Positions 1 through 9,704 of a stretch of 64,000 nt of DNA are shown piece by piece (the first letter of the stretch is position 1; every line of letters begins with the position of its first letter). The notes beneath the pieces were generated by a model. The model worked only from the letters and a program-made list of their open reading frames with translations, did no database searches and was not told the DNA's origin. This DNA is from Flavobacterium sp. (GTDB lineage: Bacteria > Bacteroidota > Bacteroidia > Flavobacteriales > Flavobacteriaceae): contig NZ_JANXUG010000101.1 in the NCBI RefSeq assembly GCF_025352015.1, positions 13,800 through 77,799 of the forward strand, given 5' to 3'. The translations under genes and the position numbers were made by a program.

Positions 1-133
1 AAAAAATCATCGACGGAATAATGCCGTGCACCATTTGTTGCGTCAGCGAGCCATTGGCACCAACCAAGTGTAACTGACTAATATAATCTTCTAATCGTTG
101 CGGTCTGATGCGTTCGGCAAGTGGTGCTTCCAT
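1..133 (-). CDS. rarA: Replication-associated recombination protein A (RarA/MgsA AAA+ ATPase), N-terminal part; runs off the window start
   Basis: Not in the ORF track. Manual translation from ATG at 133 gives MEAPLAERIRPQRLEDYISQLHLVG..., matching the PLAERxRPxxLxDxxGQxHL start typical of RarA/MgsA. Confidence 0.85.
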   Translation of the reverse strand, partial: MEAPLAERIRPQRLEDYISQLHLVGANGSLTQQMVHGIIPSMIF

Positions 134-195
134 GTTGTAAAAATACAATTTTAATTTTTTTGAAGTCCATCATTAGGCATTTTATAAACCATTTT

Positions 196-274
196 CCCGC
201 TTTCCATTGCAATAACTTTGTCAATTTGCTTTGGGCAAAGTTACAAAGTTGATTTCCATTACAATCGGGACTAA
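196..274 (-). ncRNA. Structured intergenic element, Flavo-1-like, copy 1
   Basis: Minus strand reads CCCG-ATTGTAATGGAAATC-[aactttgt...acaaagtt hairpin]-ATTGCAATGGAAAGC-GGG. The flanks match the copy at 26176-26279. The resemblance to the Flavo-1 RNA motif is from memory and was not searched. Confidence 0.6.
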
Positions 275-390
275 CGAACAAACTATTGGATTATTTAAAC
301 AACAGAAAATTATTTTTCGAACACTGACAAATTAGCACTACTTTTATTTTGGCTATGTTTTTGAGCTGTGTGATAAAATAAAAAAAGTAC

Positions 391-1134
391 ATGAACGATT
401 ACCATCATTTTAAATATACACCGTCGGTTTGGATTGTACCTTCGTTATTGCTACTGCTGATGTGGTTAGTTTTTTTTATAGAACATACTTTTCATCTCGA
501 TTTTACTTCTCACGGAATCTTACCGAGGACCATTTCGGGTTTGCAAGGCATCATCTTTAGTCCTTTTCTTCATGGCGATTTAAATCATATTGCCAGTAAT
601 ACGTTACCGCTTTTCATCTTAACCACGGTGCTTATTTATTTTTATAGAAACGTTTCATTAAAAGTCCTATTCTATGGAATTTTGCTTTCAGGATTGATAA
701 CCTGGATTATTGGTAGAGCATCGTTTCATATTGGTGCGAGTAGCTTAATTTATGTGTTAGTTTCGTTTATATTCTTCAAAGGAATGATGACTCAATATTA
801 CCGATTAATGGCATTATCGCTTACGGTAGTGCTGCTTTATGGTGGAATGATTTGGTATGTTTTCCCCGAGGTAGATAAACAAATTTCTTGGGAAGGACAT
901 TTGGCAGGCTTGATTACTGGTTTCTTTTTTGCCATCAAATTTAAAACACCCGATTACAAAAAAACAATTCAGTATCCTTGGGAAAAACTCGATTTCAATC
1001 CGCAAGAAGATGCTTTTATGAAACACTTTGACAATAACGGAAATTTTGTAAACACAACAACCGATGAAGAAATTACAATACCTGCTGTAGTAAACTATGT
1101 TTATGAATATAAAGAAACGCCCAAAGAGGAATAA
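391..1134 (+). CDS. Rhomboid-family intramembrane serine protease
   Basis: Multiple TM helices, HxxxN (HIASN), catalytic GASS and GHLAG motifs. Confidence 0.9.
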   Translation: MNDYHHFKYTPSVWIVPSLLLLLMWLVFFIEHTFHLDFTSHGILPRTISGLQGIIFSPFLHGDLNHIASNTLPLFILTTVLIYFYRNVSLKVLFYGILLSGLITWIIGRASFHIGASSLIYVLVSFIFFKGMMTQYYRLMALSLTVVLLYGGMIWYVFPEVDKQISWEGHLAGLITGFFFAIKFKTPDYKKTIQYPWEKLDFNPQEDAFMKHFDNNGNFVNTTTDEEITIPAVVNYVYEYKETPKEE

Positions 1135-1137
1135 ATA

Positions 1138-1872
1138 TTATTGTCTTTGACGAACCGTTTCATAGAGAAAAGCTCCACAAGCTACAGATACATTTAGTGA
1201 ACCTATTGTACCATACATAGGAAGTTTTGCTTTTTCATCTACAATTTTCAGCACTGATGGATTGATACCTCGATCTTCGCTCCCCATGATGATGGCTAGA
1301 GGTTCGTTTAATGAAATATCATATATGTTTAAGTCGGTTTTTTCGGTGGCGGCTACTGTTTTTATTCCGCTTCCTTGAAGGTAGAAAATGGCGTCTTTAA
1401 TATGGTCAACTTTACAAATGGGCACATTAAATACGGCACCCGCCGATGTTTTTACCGTATCACCATTTACAGGAGCAGAACCTGTTTTTTGAACTATAAT
1501 TCCGTTTACACCTGTGCATTCTGCAGTTCTAATTATGGCACCAAAATTTCGGGCATCGCTCAATTGGTCAAGAATTAAAAATAGTGGAAGCTTTCCGCTT
1601 TCTACAACGCTATCTACAAGAGTTTCTAGTTTTACAAAGCCTATTGGAGCAATGGTTGCTACCGCACCTTGATGATTATTGGGTGTTAATCGGTTTAATT
1701 TTTCAACAGGAACATAAGAGAAATTGACGCTGCTTTTTTTCATTACTTTCATAAGTTCCTGCATCAATTCGCTTTGTGCATCACTTTGAATAAAGACTTT
1801 GTCGATTTCTTTTCCAGCAGTAATGGCTTCAATGATGGCTCTTATTCCGAAGATTTGATTTTCTTTTTCCAT
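1138..1872 (-). CDS. rlmB: 23S rRNA (guanosine-2251-2'-O)-methyltransferase, SpoU/TrmH family
   Basis: QIFGIRAIIEAI, NHQG, DxRNFGAIIRTAE, GSEDRG and SLNVSVA motifs. Start moved to MEKENQ (ATG at 1872). Confidence 0.92.
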   Translation of the reverse strand: MEKENQIFGIRAIIEAITAGKEIDKVFIQSDAQSELMQELMKVMKKSSVNFSYVPVEKLNRLTPNNHQGAVATIAPIGFVKLETLVDSVVESGKLPLFLILDQLSDARNFGAIIRTAECTGVNGIIVQKTGSAPVNGDTVKTSAGAVFNVPICKVDHIKDAIFYLQGSGIKTVAATEKTDLNIYDISLNEPLAIIMGSEDRGINPSVLKIVDEKAKLPMYGTIGSLNVSVACGAFLYETVRQRQ

Positions 1873-1876
1873 GTCG

Positions 1877-1884
1877 CAAAGATA
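1877..1884 (-). promoter_or_regulatory. Bacteroidota -7 promoter box (TATCTTTG), 4 nt before the rlmB ATG
   Basis: Exact TAnnTTTG match on the minus strand. Confidence 0.6.
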
Positions 1885-1885
1885 T

Positions 1886-1916
1886 AAAAAAACCATCCCG
1901 AATAGGGATGGTTTTT
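1886..1916 (-). terminator. Intrinsic terminator after the susD-like gene
   Basis: Perfect 12-bp stem aaaaaccatccc/gggatggttttt, 5-nt loop, U7 tract on the minus strand. Confidence 0.85.
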
Positions 1917-1937
1917 GCGTTACATTTTATTTTGAGA

Positions 1938-3422
1938 TTAATAAATATCCCAGAATAATTTTGTGATTAATGTATTTCCTCCAATAGTTGCAGATGCTGC
2001 AGTATTGTTAGTTGCATTTAAAGTTTCCTCTAATGCAGGGTAGGTATATCTTGTTGGCACTTGGCTTACAGCAGCATCTACAGGAGCAGTTAATATTGGA
2101 AAATCTAATCTTCTGTACGAAGTCCAAGCTTCAAAACCTCTATTATACAAAGCAAGATAAGCTTGTTCACCAATTTTCTTTTTCCAGTTTACAGCGGCAG
2201 TGGAATAAGCTACAGTGGCTTGAGACAGATAAGAAGCTATATCGGCATCAGAAACTCCCCAGTATTTCATGGATGCTGTAATGGCATTGTTGTAATGAGT
2301 TTCTGAAGTTCCACCTATAGCAATACCTCGTTCAACAGCTTCAGCTAATAAAAATTCCACTTCAGAAGCATCCATAAGTAACCCTTCAAAAGTTGGAGCA
2401 ACCAACTTATCTCCTATATGAGAGAAATTAGCATACGTATTTCCATCCCCCGGAGTACCACCAACATAATAGGAAGAGGTAATGTTTCCGTTAGTATCTA
2501 ATTGGTCAAATAAAGTAAAGTAACTTGATTTTCGTGGATCATTTAATCCATTCATTTTATTAATTATAGTGCTTGTTGGAACAAAATCATTTCGACCGCT
2601 CGCAATTACATCAACATAAATAGGATTAGTATTTGGTTGAGCTGGAAGATAAGCTAAGGCAGCATTGTTAGCATTTGACAGAATTACACCGTCGGCTACA
2701 GCAGCCAGTACTTGCGTTGATGCATAAGCATGGTCAATATCATCCATATTAATGGCCATTTGTAATCGCAAGGAATTGGCAAAAAGCTTCCATTTGGAAA
2801 CATTACCATTAAAGATTAAATCTTGAGAGCCAAAACTTCCTTGGGTTGTATTTAAACCATTGGAGGCTATAGTTAATTTACTAATCAAATCTTTATAGAT
2901 TGTTTTTGCATCATCATATTTTGGTTGAGGATGATTGTCTAAATCTAAAGCTTCAGAATAAGGTACATCACCAAACGTATCTACTAAAATATAATAACCA
3001 TAGGCAGTCATAATATCTATCAAATAATCTTTATTTGCTCTTACTATTTCCTGATTTGCGATATCTGTTACAGAACCTGTATAAACTTCTGTTGCTAAAA
3101 CTTTTTTAGATTCTTTTAAATCCCTCAATACATCTCTGTAAATTACTTGCCAATGATTGTCAGGAATAGTTCTAGTTGCCAAATCATAATTACTCTCATC
3201 TGTATAAGTAGTTTCAGTCCATTGTTGCACAAAAAGTCTAAAGACGTTTTGATTTACGCTGGTACTTACCATTTGATCTACTATGTTTTTTTCTGCATTA
3301 GTAAATAATACTTGTGCAGGAACCAAGGCAGGATTTTTAACATCTTGATTTAGTCCAGTTATATCATCTGAACATGAATAAAAACTGGCTAGAAGGATCA
3401 CTATTAATAATATCTTTTTCAT
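1938..3422 (-). CDS. SusD/RagB-family outer-membrane lipoprotein (SusD-like_2 type)
   Basis: Lipobox FYSC, FGDVPYSEAL, FANSLRL, EAWTSYRR and C-terminal KLFWD. Lies directly downstream of a SusC gene. Confidence 0.92.
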   Translation of the reverse strand: MKKILLIVILLASFYSCSDDITGLNQDVKNPALVPAQVLFTNAEKNIVDQMVSTSVNQNVFRLFVQQWTETTYTDESNYDLATRTIPDNHWQVIYRDVLRDLKESKKVLATEVYTGSVTDIANQEIVRANKDYLIDIMTAYGYYILVDTFGDVPYSEALDLDNHPQPKYDDAKTIYKDLISKLTIASNGLNTTQGSFGSQDLIFNGNVSKWKLFANSLRLQMAINMDDIDHAYASTQVLAAVADGVILSNANNAALAYLPAQPNTNPIYVDVIASGRNDFVPTSTIINKMNGLNDPRKSSYFTLFDQLDTNGNITSSYYVGGTPGDGNTYANFSHIGDKLVAPTFEGLLMDASEVEFLLAEAVERGIAIGGTSETHYNNAITASMKYWGVSDADIASYLSQATVAYSTAAVNWKKKIGEQAYLALYNRGFEAWTSYRRLDFPILTAPVDAAVSQVPTRYTYPALEETLNATNNTAASATIGGNTLITKLFWDIY

Positions 3423-3425
3423 GAT

Positions 3426-6400
3426 TTAAAATTTAAATGTTAGATTGCAACCAATATTTCGGGTTGTTGGAAGTGAACCTACCGAATAACCTGAAGATAA
3501 ATTTCCCGAAGTTAAACCACTTTCAGGATCAGCATAGGGTAAGTTTTTTTTAATAATCCATAAATTAGTACCTACAATACTAAATTTCATGCTTTCCATG
3601 GCTAATTTTGATATCCATTTTTTTGGTAAGTTATAAGATATAGACACTTCTCTTAACTTTATATAAGAAGCATCATAAATAAATGCTCTATTAGGTTGTC
3701 TTCTATATCCAAAAGCATTTCCAAAGAATTCAGCAGAAGGGGTTCTTACGGTATTTGGAGTTCCATCCGCTTGAACTCCGGGCAAAATAATTCCACCACC
3801 ATCAGCTACAGAACTTCTAATTGGATTTCCAAGTTCGTTATTGGCTGCAGTTTCAGGATATAAACCAGTGGCTAAACCATAGTACATATCAAGGGAAAAA
3901 ATATCGCCTCCTTTTTGACTATCAATAAGGAAACTTAGAGACAAATCTTTATAGGTGAACTTGTTTCTGATGCCTCCAATCCAATCTGGATTTATATTTC
4001 CAATTGAATTATTACTATTATTGTTAATTACATATCTGCCATTAGCTCCTACAACTCTTTGTCCGTTAAGATAAGTAAAGTCAGAGCCTTTAATAACACC
4101 ATAAGGTTGTCCTACTTGCGCATTGATGGTAACGCCACCCTGAAAACTACCAAGTTGTAAATTATCAATCCCCTCGGCTAGTGTAACAACAGTATTTCTA
4201 TTACTGGACCAGTTTACACTTACATCCCACTGGAAATTTTCTGTTTTGATTGGAGTTGCCGTCAACTGAACTTCTATTCCTTTATTTTCAATGGAGCCAG
4301 CATTTATGTATCTCGACGATACACCTGTCGAAGTTGAATAAGGAGTTCTAAAAATTTGATCAGTACTTAAGGAACGATATACGCCTAAATCAAAACCCAA
4401 TCTTTTATTTAGAAATAACATTTCTAGACCAGCTTCATAACTTGTCGTTACTGTTGGTCTTAAATTTGGGTTGTTTTTTATTGAAGCAACAGAGTATAAA
4501 CCTTGACCGTTAAATGCGGGGAATTTAGCATAAGTGTCTAACAATGCCAAGTCAGGTGATCCATTACCAACTTGTGCCAAGTTGGCTCTCAATTTACCAA
4601 AGGACAACCATTTTTCTTTGATTAAATTAGAAAAAACTAAACTTGTTGATAATGATGGAGTTGTAATAGCATTACGTTCTTTTGGCAGGGATGAATATGC
4701 ATCTCTTCTCAAAGTACCGTCTATATAAAGAAAATCTTTGTATCCTAATGAAAGGGATCCATAATAACTGTTTATTCCAGTTCTAGATTGAAGTTCAAGT
4801 GGGTCTGGATTAGGATTTAATGAATTGGCTAAACTATAGGTTCCCGGAACAATTAAACCTCCAGAAGTAGCTGCAAATATTGAACTAACATTAATTCTGT
4901 TTACCGTACCACCCAACAATCCGCTTAAGTTAAATTGACCAAACTCTTTTTTGAAGTTTATTAGTAAATCATAATTGTTTTCGCGATAAGTTTTATTAAA
5001 TCTCGTGTAACCAGAACCTTGAACTAATCTATTGTTGTCTGCGTCTGGTACTCCAAATTCAGACGGAATTGAACCAACCGCTTTTCTTTCCTCTTGAAAT
5101 TCAGAATAGCTGTCATCTGAAATTCTCACGGTGCTAGAAAGCCAACTGTTCAGTTTATAATCTAATTTCATATATCCTAAAAATCTTTCTCTAGTATCAT
5201 TTTGATAATTTTGAAATCTTTGAAAATACGGATTATCCCAATATGCGGGTCTTAAATCAGTAGGACTGTTAATATTCCAGGTGACATTTTGCCCACCAGA
5301 AGCATTATAAACTTGTTGTAAAGATTTAATATCAACATTTACGGGCCACCACTGCCGAAAATTGGTTGTGATATTATTGTCATATCCAGTAGAATTTCTA
5401 CCTACAGTGTTTTGTGAAGTATAACTTCCGTAAACAGAAACAGTTAATTTATCAGAAAAATTGTGACTAAATTTAGCACTGAAATTATTTTTGTTTAATT
5501 CACTATTAGGCATTAGTCCATTTTGCTTTAAATTTGAAATGTTAATCAAAAAATTTGATTTATCATCTCCATCTTGAATAGAAATGGAATTGTTTAAAGA
5601 AACAGGTGTTTCAAAAAAAGTAATAGGACCGTTAGCGGCTGCCTTCCATGGCGTTTTTTGACCAAAGTTGGGAGAAAAAGGAGTAAAAGCATCCCATTGA
5701 TACACTAAACTATTGTCAAACGGAGCTCCATACGAGGCATCCTCTGTGGTAGGAGCAATGTTATCTATAATTCCGTCTCCATTTATATCTGCTTGATTAA
5801 AATATCCATCACCATTTGTTCCATAATACAAACCGTATCCCTCTCCGTACCTACTTTGATAAGTTGGGAATGTAGTTTTATCAATACTACCAACAATGGC
5901 TTCAGAAGAAACAGTAATTCCCATGCCTTTTTTACCACCTTTCCCTTTTTTTGTAGTAATAAGAAGCACACCGTTACCAGCTTGATAACCGTAAAGTGCA
6001 CTTGCTGCAGCTCCTTTCAAAACATTTACGGACTCAATATCTTCAGGATTGATATCTGAAGCTGTACTACCGTAATCGTAATTACCGCCTCTACCATTTA
6101 CTTGAGCTGATGAATTCGTGTTTGAATTATTAACAGGAACTCCATCTATTACTATCAGCATCTGGTTGCCTCCAGTTAAACTTTTTATTCCACGAGAAAC
6201 CACATTGGTTGAACCACCAAAGTTGTTGTTTCTTCTAATTTGAACTCCTGCAACTTTTCCAGATAAATCATTCAAAAAGTTTCCGCCAGCAGTATTCGAT
6301 TTCAAATCTTCACCTTTAACCTCTTGGGTGGCATAACCAAGAGATTTTTTTTCTCTTTTAATACCTAACGCGGTTACTACAACACCTTCGAGTTCTACTG

Positions 6401-6692
6401 CATCGTCTTTCATTTTTACATTAATAGAGGAAGAGGTAGCCACAATTTCTTGTGATTTCATACCTATGAAATTGAAAAGCAGCGTTTGCGTTGGCGTTGC
6501 TTTTATGGAAAATTTTCCATCCATATCTGTTTGAGTCCCAAGTTTTGTTCCTTTTACCAAAACATTGACACCCGGAATGGGTAAACCGTTGTTGTCTGAA
6601 ACAACTCCATTGACTGTTCTTTCCTGTGCAAATGATATCTGCACTAGTAACGCTATAAAAAGCGTCAAAAATCCATTTAACTTTGTTTTCAT
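3426..6692 (-). CDS. SusC/RagA-family TonB-dependent outer-membrane transporter
   Basis: N-terminal carboxypeptidase-regulatory-like domain, VVVTALGIKRE, DINPEDIESVNVLKGAAASALYG...GVLLITTKKG signature, terminal Phe. Confidence 0.95.
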   Translation of the reverse strand: MKTKLNGFLTLFIALLVQISFAQERTVNGVVSDNNGLPIPGVNVLVKGTKLGTQTDMDGKFSIKATPTQTLLFNFIGMKSQEIVATSSSINVKMKDDAVELEGVVVTALGIKREKKSLGYATQEVKGEDLKSNTAGGNFLNDLSGKVAGVQIRRNNNFGGSTNVVSRGIKSLTGGNQMLIVIDGVPVNNSNTNSSAQVNGRGGNYDYGSTASDINPEDIESVNVLKGAAASALYGYQAGNGVLLITTKKGKGGKKGMGITVSSEAIVGSIDKTTFPTYQSRYGEGYGLYYGTNGDGYFNQADINGDGIIDNIAPTTEDASYGAPFDNSLVYQWDAFTPFSPNFGQKTPWKAAANGPITFFETPVSLNNSISIQDGDDKSNFLINISNLKQNGLMPNSELNKNNFSAKFSHNFSDKLTVSVYGSYTSQNTVGRNSTGYDNNITTNFRQWWPVNVDIKSLQQVYNASGGQNVTWNINSPTDLRPAYWDNPYFQRFQNYQNDTRERFLGYMKLDYKLNSWLSSTVRISDDSYSEFQEERKAVGSIPSEFGVPDADNNRLVQGSGYTRFNKTYRENNYDLLINFKKEFGQFNLSGLLGGTVNRINVSSIFAATSGGLIVPGTYSLANSLNPNPDPLELQSRTGINSYYGSLSLGYKDFLYIDGTLRRDAYSSLPKERNAITTPSLSTSLVFSNLIKEKWLSFGKLRANLAQVGNGSPDLALLDTYAKFPAFNGQGLYSVASIKNNPNLRPTVTTSYEAGLEMLFLNKRLGFDLGVYRSLSTDQIFRTPYSTSTGVSSRYINAGSIENKGIEVQLTATPIKTENFQWDVSVNWSSNRNTVVTLAEGIDNLQLGSFQGGVTINAQVGQPYGVIKGSDFTYLNGQRVVGANGRYVINNNSNNSIGNINPDWIGGIRNKFTYKDLSLSFLIDSQKGGDIFSLDMYYGLATGLYPETAANNELGNPIRSSVADGGGIILPGVQADGTPNTVRTPSAEFFGNAFGYRRQPNRAFIYDASYIKLREVSISYNLPKKWISKLAMESMKFSIVGTNLWIIKKNLPYADPESGLTSGNLSSGYSVGSLPTTRNIGCNLTFKF

Positions 6693-6790
6693 AATTTAAT
6701 TTGGTTTTAATTAGAGTATAAATTTACAACAAAATAAAATTTAACATTGATAACAATAACTTAACATTGAGTGTTAAAGTTTGTAATTTT

Positions 6791-8488
6791 TTAAAAAACA
6801 GCTTTAAAACTAATGTGAACGATCGAGTTTGATAGTTTTATGGCTTGTTCTTTAGTACTTCCGTTGGCGTAAACTAAATTAAAAAGTCCGTTTTTTGTCA
6901 ACAATCCGAAGCCAAATCCCAGTCCAAGAAGGTTTTGATTGTTATTTGTAGTTTTATCCTGCAACTTCGCAAAATCAATGATAGAATGAATATAAATAGC
7001 AGGTGCTAGAACATATCTATATTCCGTTAATATAGAATTGAAAGCATTGCCTTGCAAACTATTTTCGTTAAATCCTCGAATAGAGTTGATGCCCCCAAAA
7101 CGTTGTAATTCATTAATGATAAAATGACCACTCTGAAGATAGAAATTTTGAGATTTAATGTTGATTATATTTTTTTGATTGAGGTAAAAATTATGCTTAA
7201 TATTCAAATTAATAAAAAACTGATTGTCGGAAATCAATTTTGATTCTCTTTTTCCAGTTCCTATTTTGAGATTAAAATTTGTTTTTTCAGGAAAAAGAAA
7301 CTCATTACCAATTGTGTCACGATTAAAATTTACAAATTCCAATGACGTAGTTACATAAGAATTGTTGAAATCGCTTAATGTAGCAGTGTTAACGTTTTTA
7401 ATATCGCTCGACTCCGTAGATTGGTAGCCTAGATACAAGCGCGTATTATAATTAAAAAAATAACCCAAGTCTACAGCCGTTTTTGTATTTTGAAACGTAC
7501 TATCTTGTTTGAAAATGTTAAGTTCTGTTTTTAAACCAATGGGCGTTTTAAATATATAAGGTAGCTCAACGCCAAGATTAAAAGTTTTTTGATCTTGACC
7601 ATCGCTTTTCCAATATAAGGCAAATTTTTCGCCAGAATTTAAAATATTGTTTAGAACCAAATCCAGATAACCGCTAAAAACAATTTTCTTTTTATCATCG
7701 TTAGTAAATCCTATGTAGCCGTCAAAAGTATTGGGTTTGGCTTTTTCTAAATACACATAAATTTTTGTAGAATCTTTGGTGAATAAGATTTCAGGATATT
7801 TAGTCTGTTTTACAAATCGAAATTTTTCAAAATCATTATAAATCTTATCTAAATTTTTTTGATTAAAAACTTTGTTGCGATATAATCGAAGAATATTTTT
7901 TTTGTGTCCTTTCGGAAATTTGTCGTAGCCGTTGATAACAATTGCGTTAACTTGTCTTTTAATTTCTTTTGTGATGAGTAAGTCGGCAGTGATAAAATCT
8001 TTTTTCTTTTGTAGGTTGGTTAGTTTTACCTTAGCCATCGAAAAACCATCACTTTCTAATTTTCTCAAAGTGGTATTTAAGAAGCCCTCTACTTCCTCAA
8101 ACGGCAATACCAAAGTATCGTTTTTAACCTTGTAGTTTTCCACAATATTTTCTTTAAACGATTCTCCTATAAATAAGTGCGCATAATTTGTTCTTTTCCC
8201 AAGCTTATATTTAAAATAAAATGTTGAATCATTTTGTTTAAAATTTTCAATTAGCTGACTTTCAAAATACCCTTTTTTGGTTAGTTTTTCATAAAACAAA
8301 TTGTTTTCGTCAACAATTGATTTGGTATTTAGATGGTTTGAAACATAGCTTAAACTATCTATTTGTTTAGTTTCTTTTTCATTTTCCCCAATAATTTTGA
8401 GATAGAATTGCTGCGCCGAAATAGTTCCACTGAAAATACACAAGAAAAAAAGTAGAAAAATCTTTCTCAAATTTGAAATTGTTTGCAT
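6791..8488 (-). CDS. Omp85/TamA-like outer-membrane protein (POTRA-like N-terminus, beta-barrel C-terminus)
   Basis: Signal peptide, L6-like RFGGINSIRGF motif, alternating beta-strand pattern, C-terminal VHISFKAVF. Confidence 0.75.
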   Translation of the reverse strand: MQTISNLRKIFLLFFLCIFSGTISAQQFYLKIIGENEKETKQIDSLSYVSNHLNTKSIVDENNLFYEKLTKKGYFESQLIENFKQNDSTFYFKYKLGKRTNYAHLFIGESFKENIVENYKVKNDTLVLPFEEVEGFLNTTLRKLESDGFSMAKVKLTNLQKKKDFITADLLITKEIKRQVNAIVINGYDKFPKGHKKNILRLYRNKVFNQKNLDKIYNDFEKFRFVKQTKYPEILFTKDSTKIYVYLEKAKPNTFDGYIGFTNDDKKKIVFSGYLDLVLNNILNSGEKFALYWKSDGQDQKTFNLGVELPYIFKTPIGLKTELNIFKQDSTFQNTKTAVDLGYFFNYNTRLYLGYQSTESSDIKNVNTATLSDFNNSYVTTSLEFVNFNRDTIGNEFLFPEKTNFNLKIGTGKRESKLISDNQFFINLNIKHNFYLNQKNIINIKSQNFYLQSGHFIINELQRFGGINSIRGFNENSLQGNAFNSILTEYRYVLAPAIYIHSIIDFAKLQDKTTNNNQNLLGLGFGFGLLTKNGLFNLVYANGSTKEQAIKLSNSIVHISFKAVF

Positions 8489-8659
8489 CAAAATAACGCA
8501 AAAAAATTGTTTTTATTGCTGTAAATAGTTTCTAAAAACAATTTGCTTAAAAAGCATATTCAAAACATTTCGATTTTCAAAAAACTAAAACATTTTTGGC
8601 TATTATTTGTCACATTAAAAGACAAATATTTAATTGCTAAAAAAATTAATTAAATACGA

Positions 8660-8690
8660 TTTGTTTCATTCAAAATAATTACTACATTTG
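8660..8690 (+). promoter_or_regulatory. Bacteroidota housekeeping promoter of the rpsL superoperon
   Basis: TTTG (8660-8663), 19-nt spacer, TACATTTG (8683-8690): the canonical -33/-7 arrangement. Confidence 0.8.
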
Positions 8691-8743
8691 CAACCCCTAA
8701 AAAAGCGGGAATTAAAAAAATAAAGAAAAATTAGTATTTAATT

Positions 8744-9127
8744 ATGCCAACAATTCAACAATTAGTAAGAACAGGAAGAACTCAAGTCACTAAGAAGAGT
8801 AAATCGGTTGCTTTAGATTCTTGTCCTCAACGAAGAGGTGTTTGTACGCGTGTTTACACTACTACTCCAAAAAAACCAAACTCAGCAATGCGTAAAGTTG
8901 CGCGTGTACGTTTGACCAATGGAAATGAAGTGAATGCATACATCCCAGGTGAAGGACACAATCTACAAGAGCACTCGATAGTATTAGTGCGAGGCGGAAG
9001 GGTAAAAGATTTACCAGGAGTTAGATACCACATTGTGCGTGGTGCGCTTGATACATCAGGTGTAGCAGGAAGAACACAAAGAAGATCTAAATACGGTGCT
9101 AAACGCCCTAAAGAAGCTAAAAAGTAA
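8744..9127 (+). CDS. rpsL: 30S ribosomal protein uS12
   Basis: [16 protein letters not shown] and [10 protein letters not shown] motifs. Confidence 0.99.
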   Translation: MPTIQQLVRTGRTQVTKKSKSVALDSCPQRRGVCTRVYTTTPKKPNSAMRKVARVRLTNGNEVNAYIPGEGHNLQEHSIVLVRGGRVKDLPGVRYHIVRGALDTSGVAGRTQRRSKYGAKRPKEAKK

Positions 9128-9217
9128 TTTTTAACTAGTCACAAGAATAAAGTCTTAATATTATAAAGTAAAATCTTTACGAATTTCGACTTTCATCCGA
9201 GGACAAAAAACAAAGAC

Positions 9218-9694
9218 ATGAGAAAAAGAGCGGCAAAAAAAAGACCACTTTTACCAGATCCAAAATTTAACGACCAGTTAGTAACACGTTTTGTAAACAA
9301 CTTAATGTGGGATGGTAAGAAATCAACAGCTTTTAAAGTATTCTACGATGCAATGGAAATTGTAGAAACTAAAAAAAATAATGATGAAAAAGCATCATTA
9401 GATGTATGGAAAGAAGCACTTACAAACGTTATGCCTCACGTAGAAGTGCGTAGTCGTAGAGTAGGAGGAGCTACATTTCAAATTCCAATGCAAATTAGAC
9501 CAGACCGTAAAATTTCTATGGCGATGAAATGGATGATACTCTATGCGAGAAGAAGAAACGAAAAATCTATGGCTGGTAAGTTAGCTTCAGAAATCTTGGC
9601 TGCGGCCAAAGAAGAAGGTGCTGCTGTCAAAAAGAGAATGGATACTCACAAAATGGCAGAAGCAAACAAAGCATTCTCTCACTTTAGATTTTAA
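9218..9694 (+). CDS. rpsG: 30S ribosomal protein uS7
   Basis: [16 protein letters not shown] and [15 protein letters not shown]. Confidence 0.99.
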   Translation: MRKRAAKKRPLLPDPKFNDQLVTRFVNNLMWDGKKSTAFKVFYDAMEIVETKKNNDEKASLDVWKEALTNVMPHVEVRSRRVGGATFQIPMQIRPDRKISMAMKWMILYARRRNEKSMAGKLASEILAAAKEEGAAVKKRMDTHKMAEANKAFSHFRF

Positions 9695-9704
9695 AATTTA
9701 AGAA

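Noticed and set aside
196-274. Direct-repeat arms as a mini CRISPR array
   Set aside because: There are only two 15-nt arms per locus, the spacer is self-complementary, and no cas genes or leader are present.
78-281. 67-aa minus-strand ORF from the track
   Set aside because: It overlaps the real rarA start in another frame and the Flavo-1-like element, and has no protein-like features.
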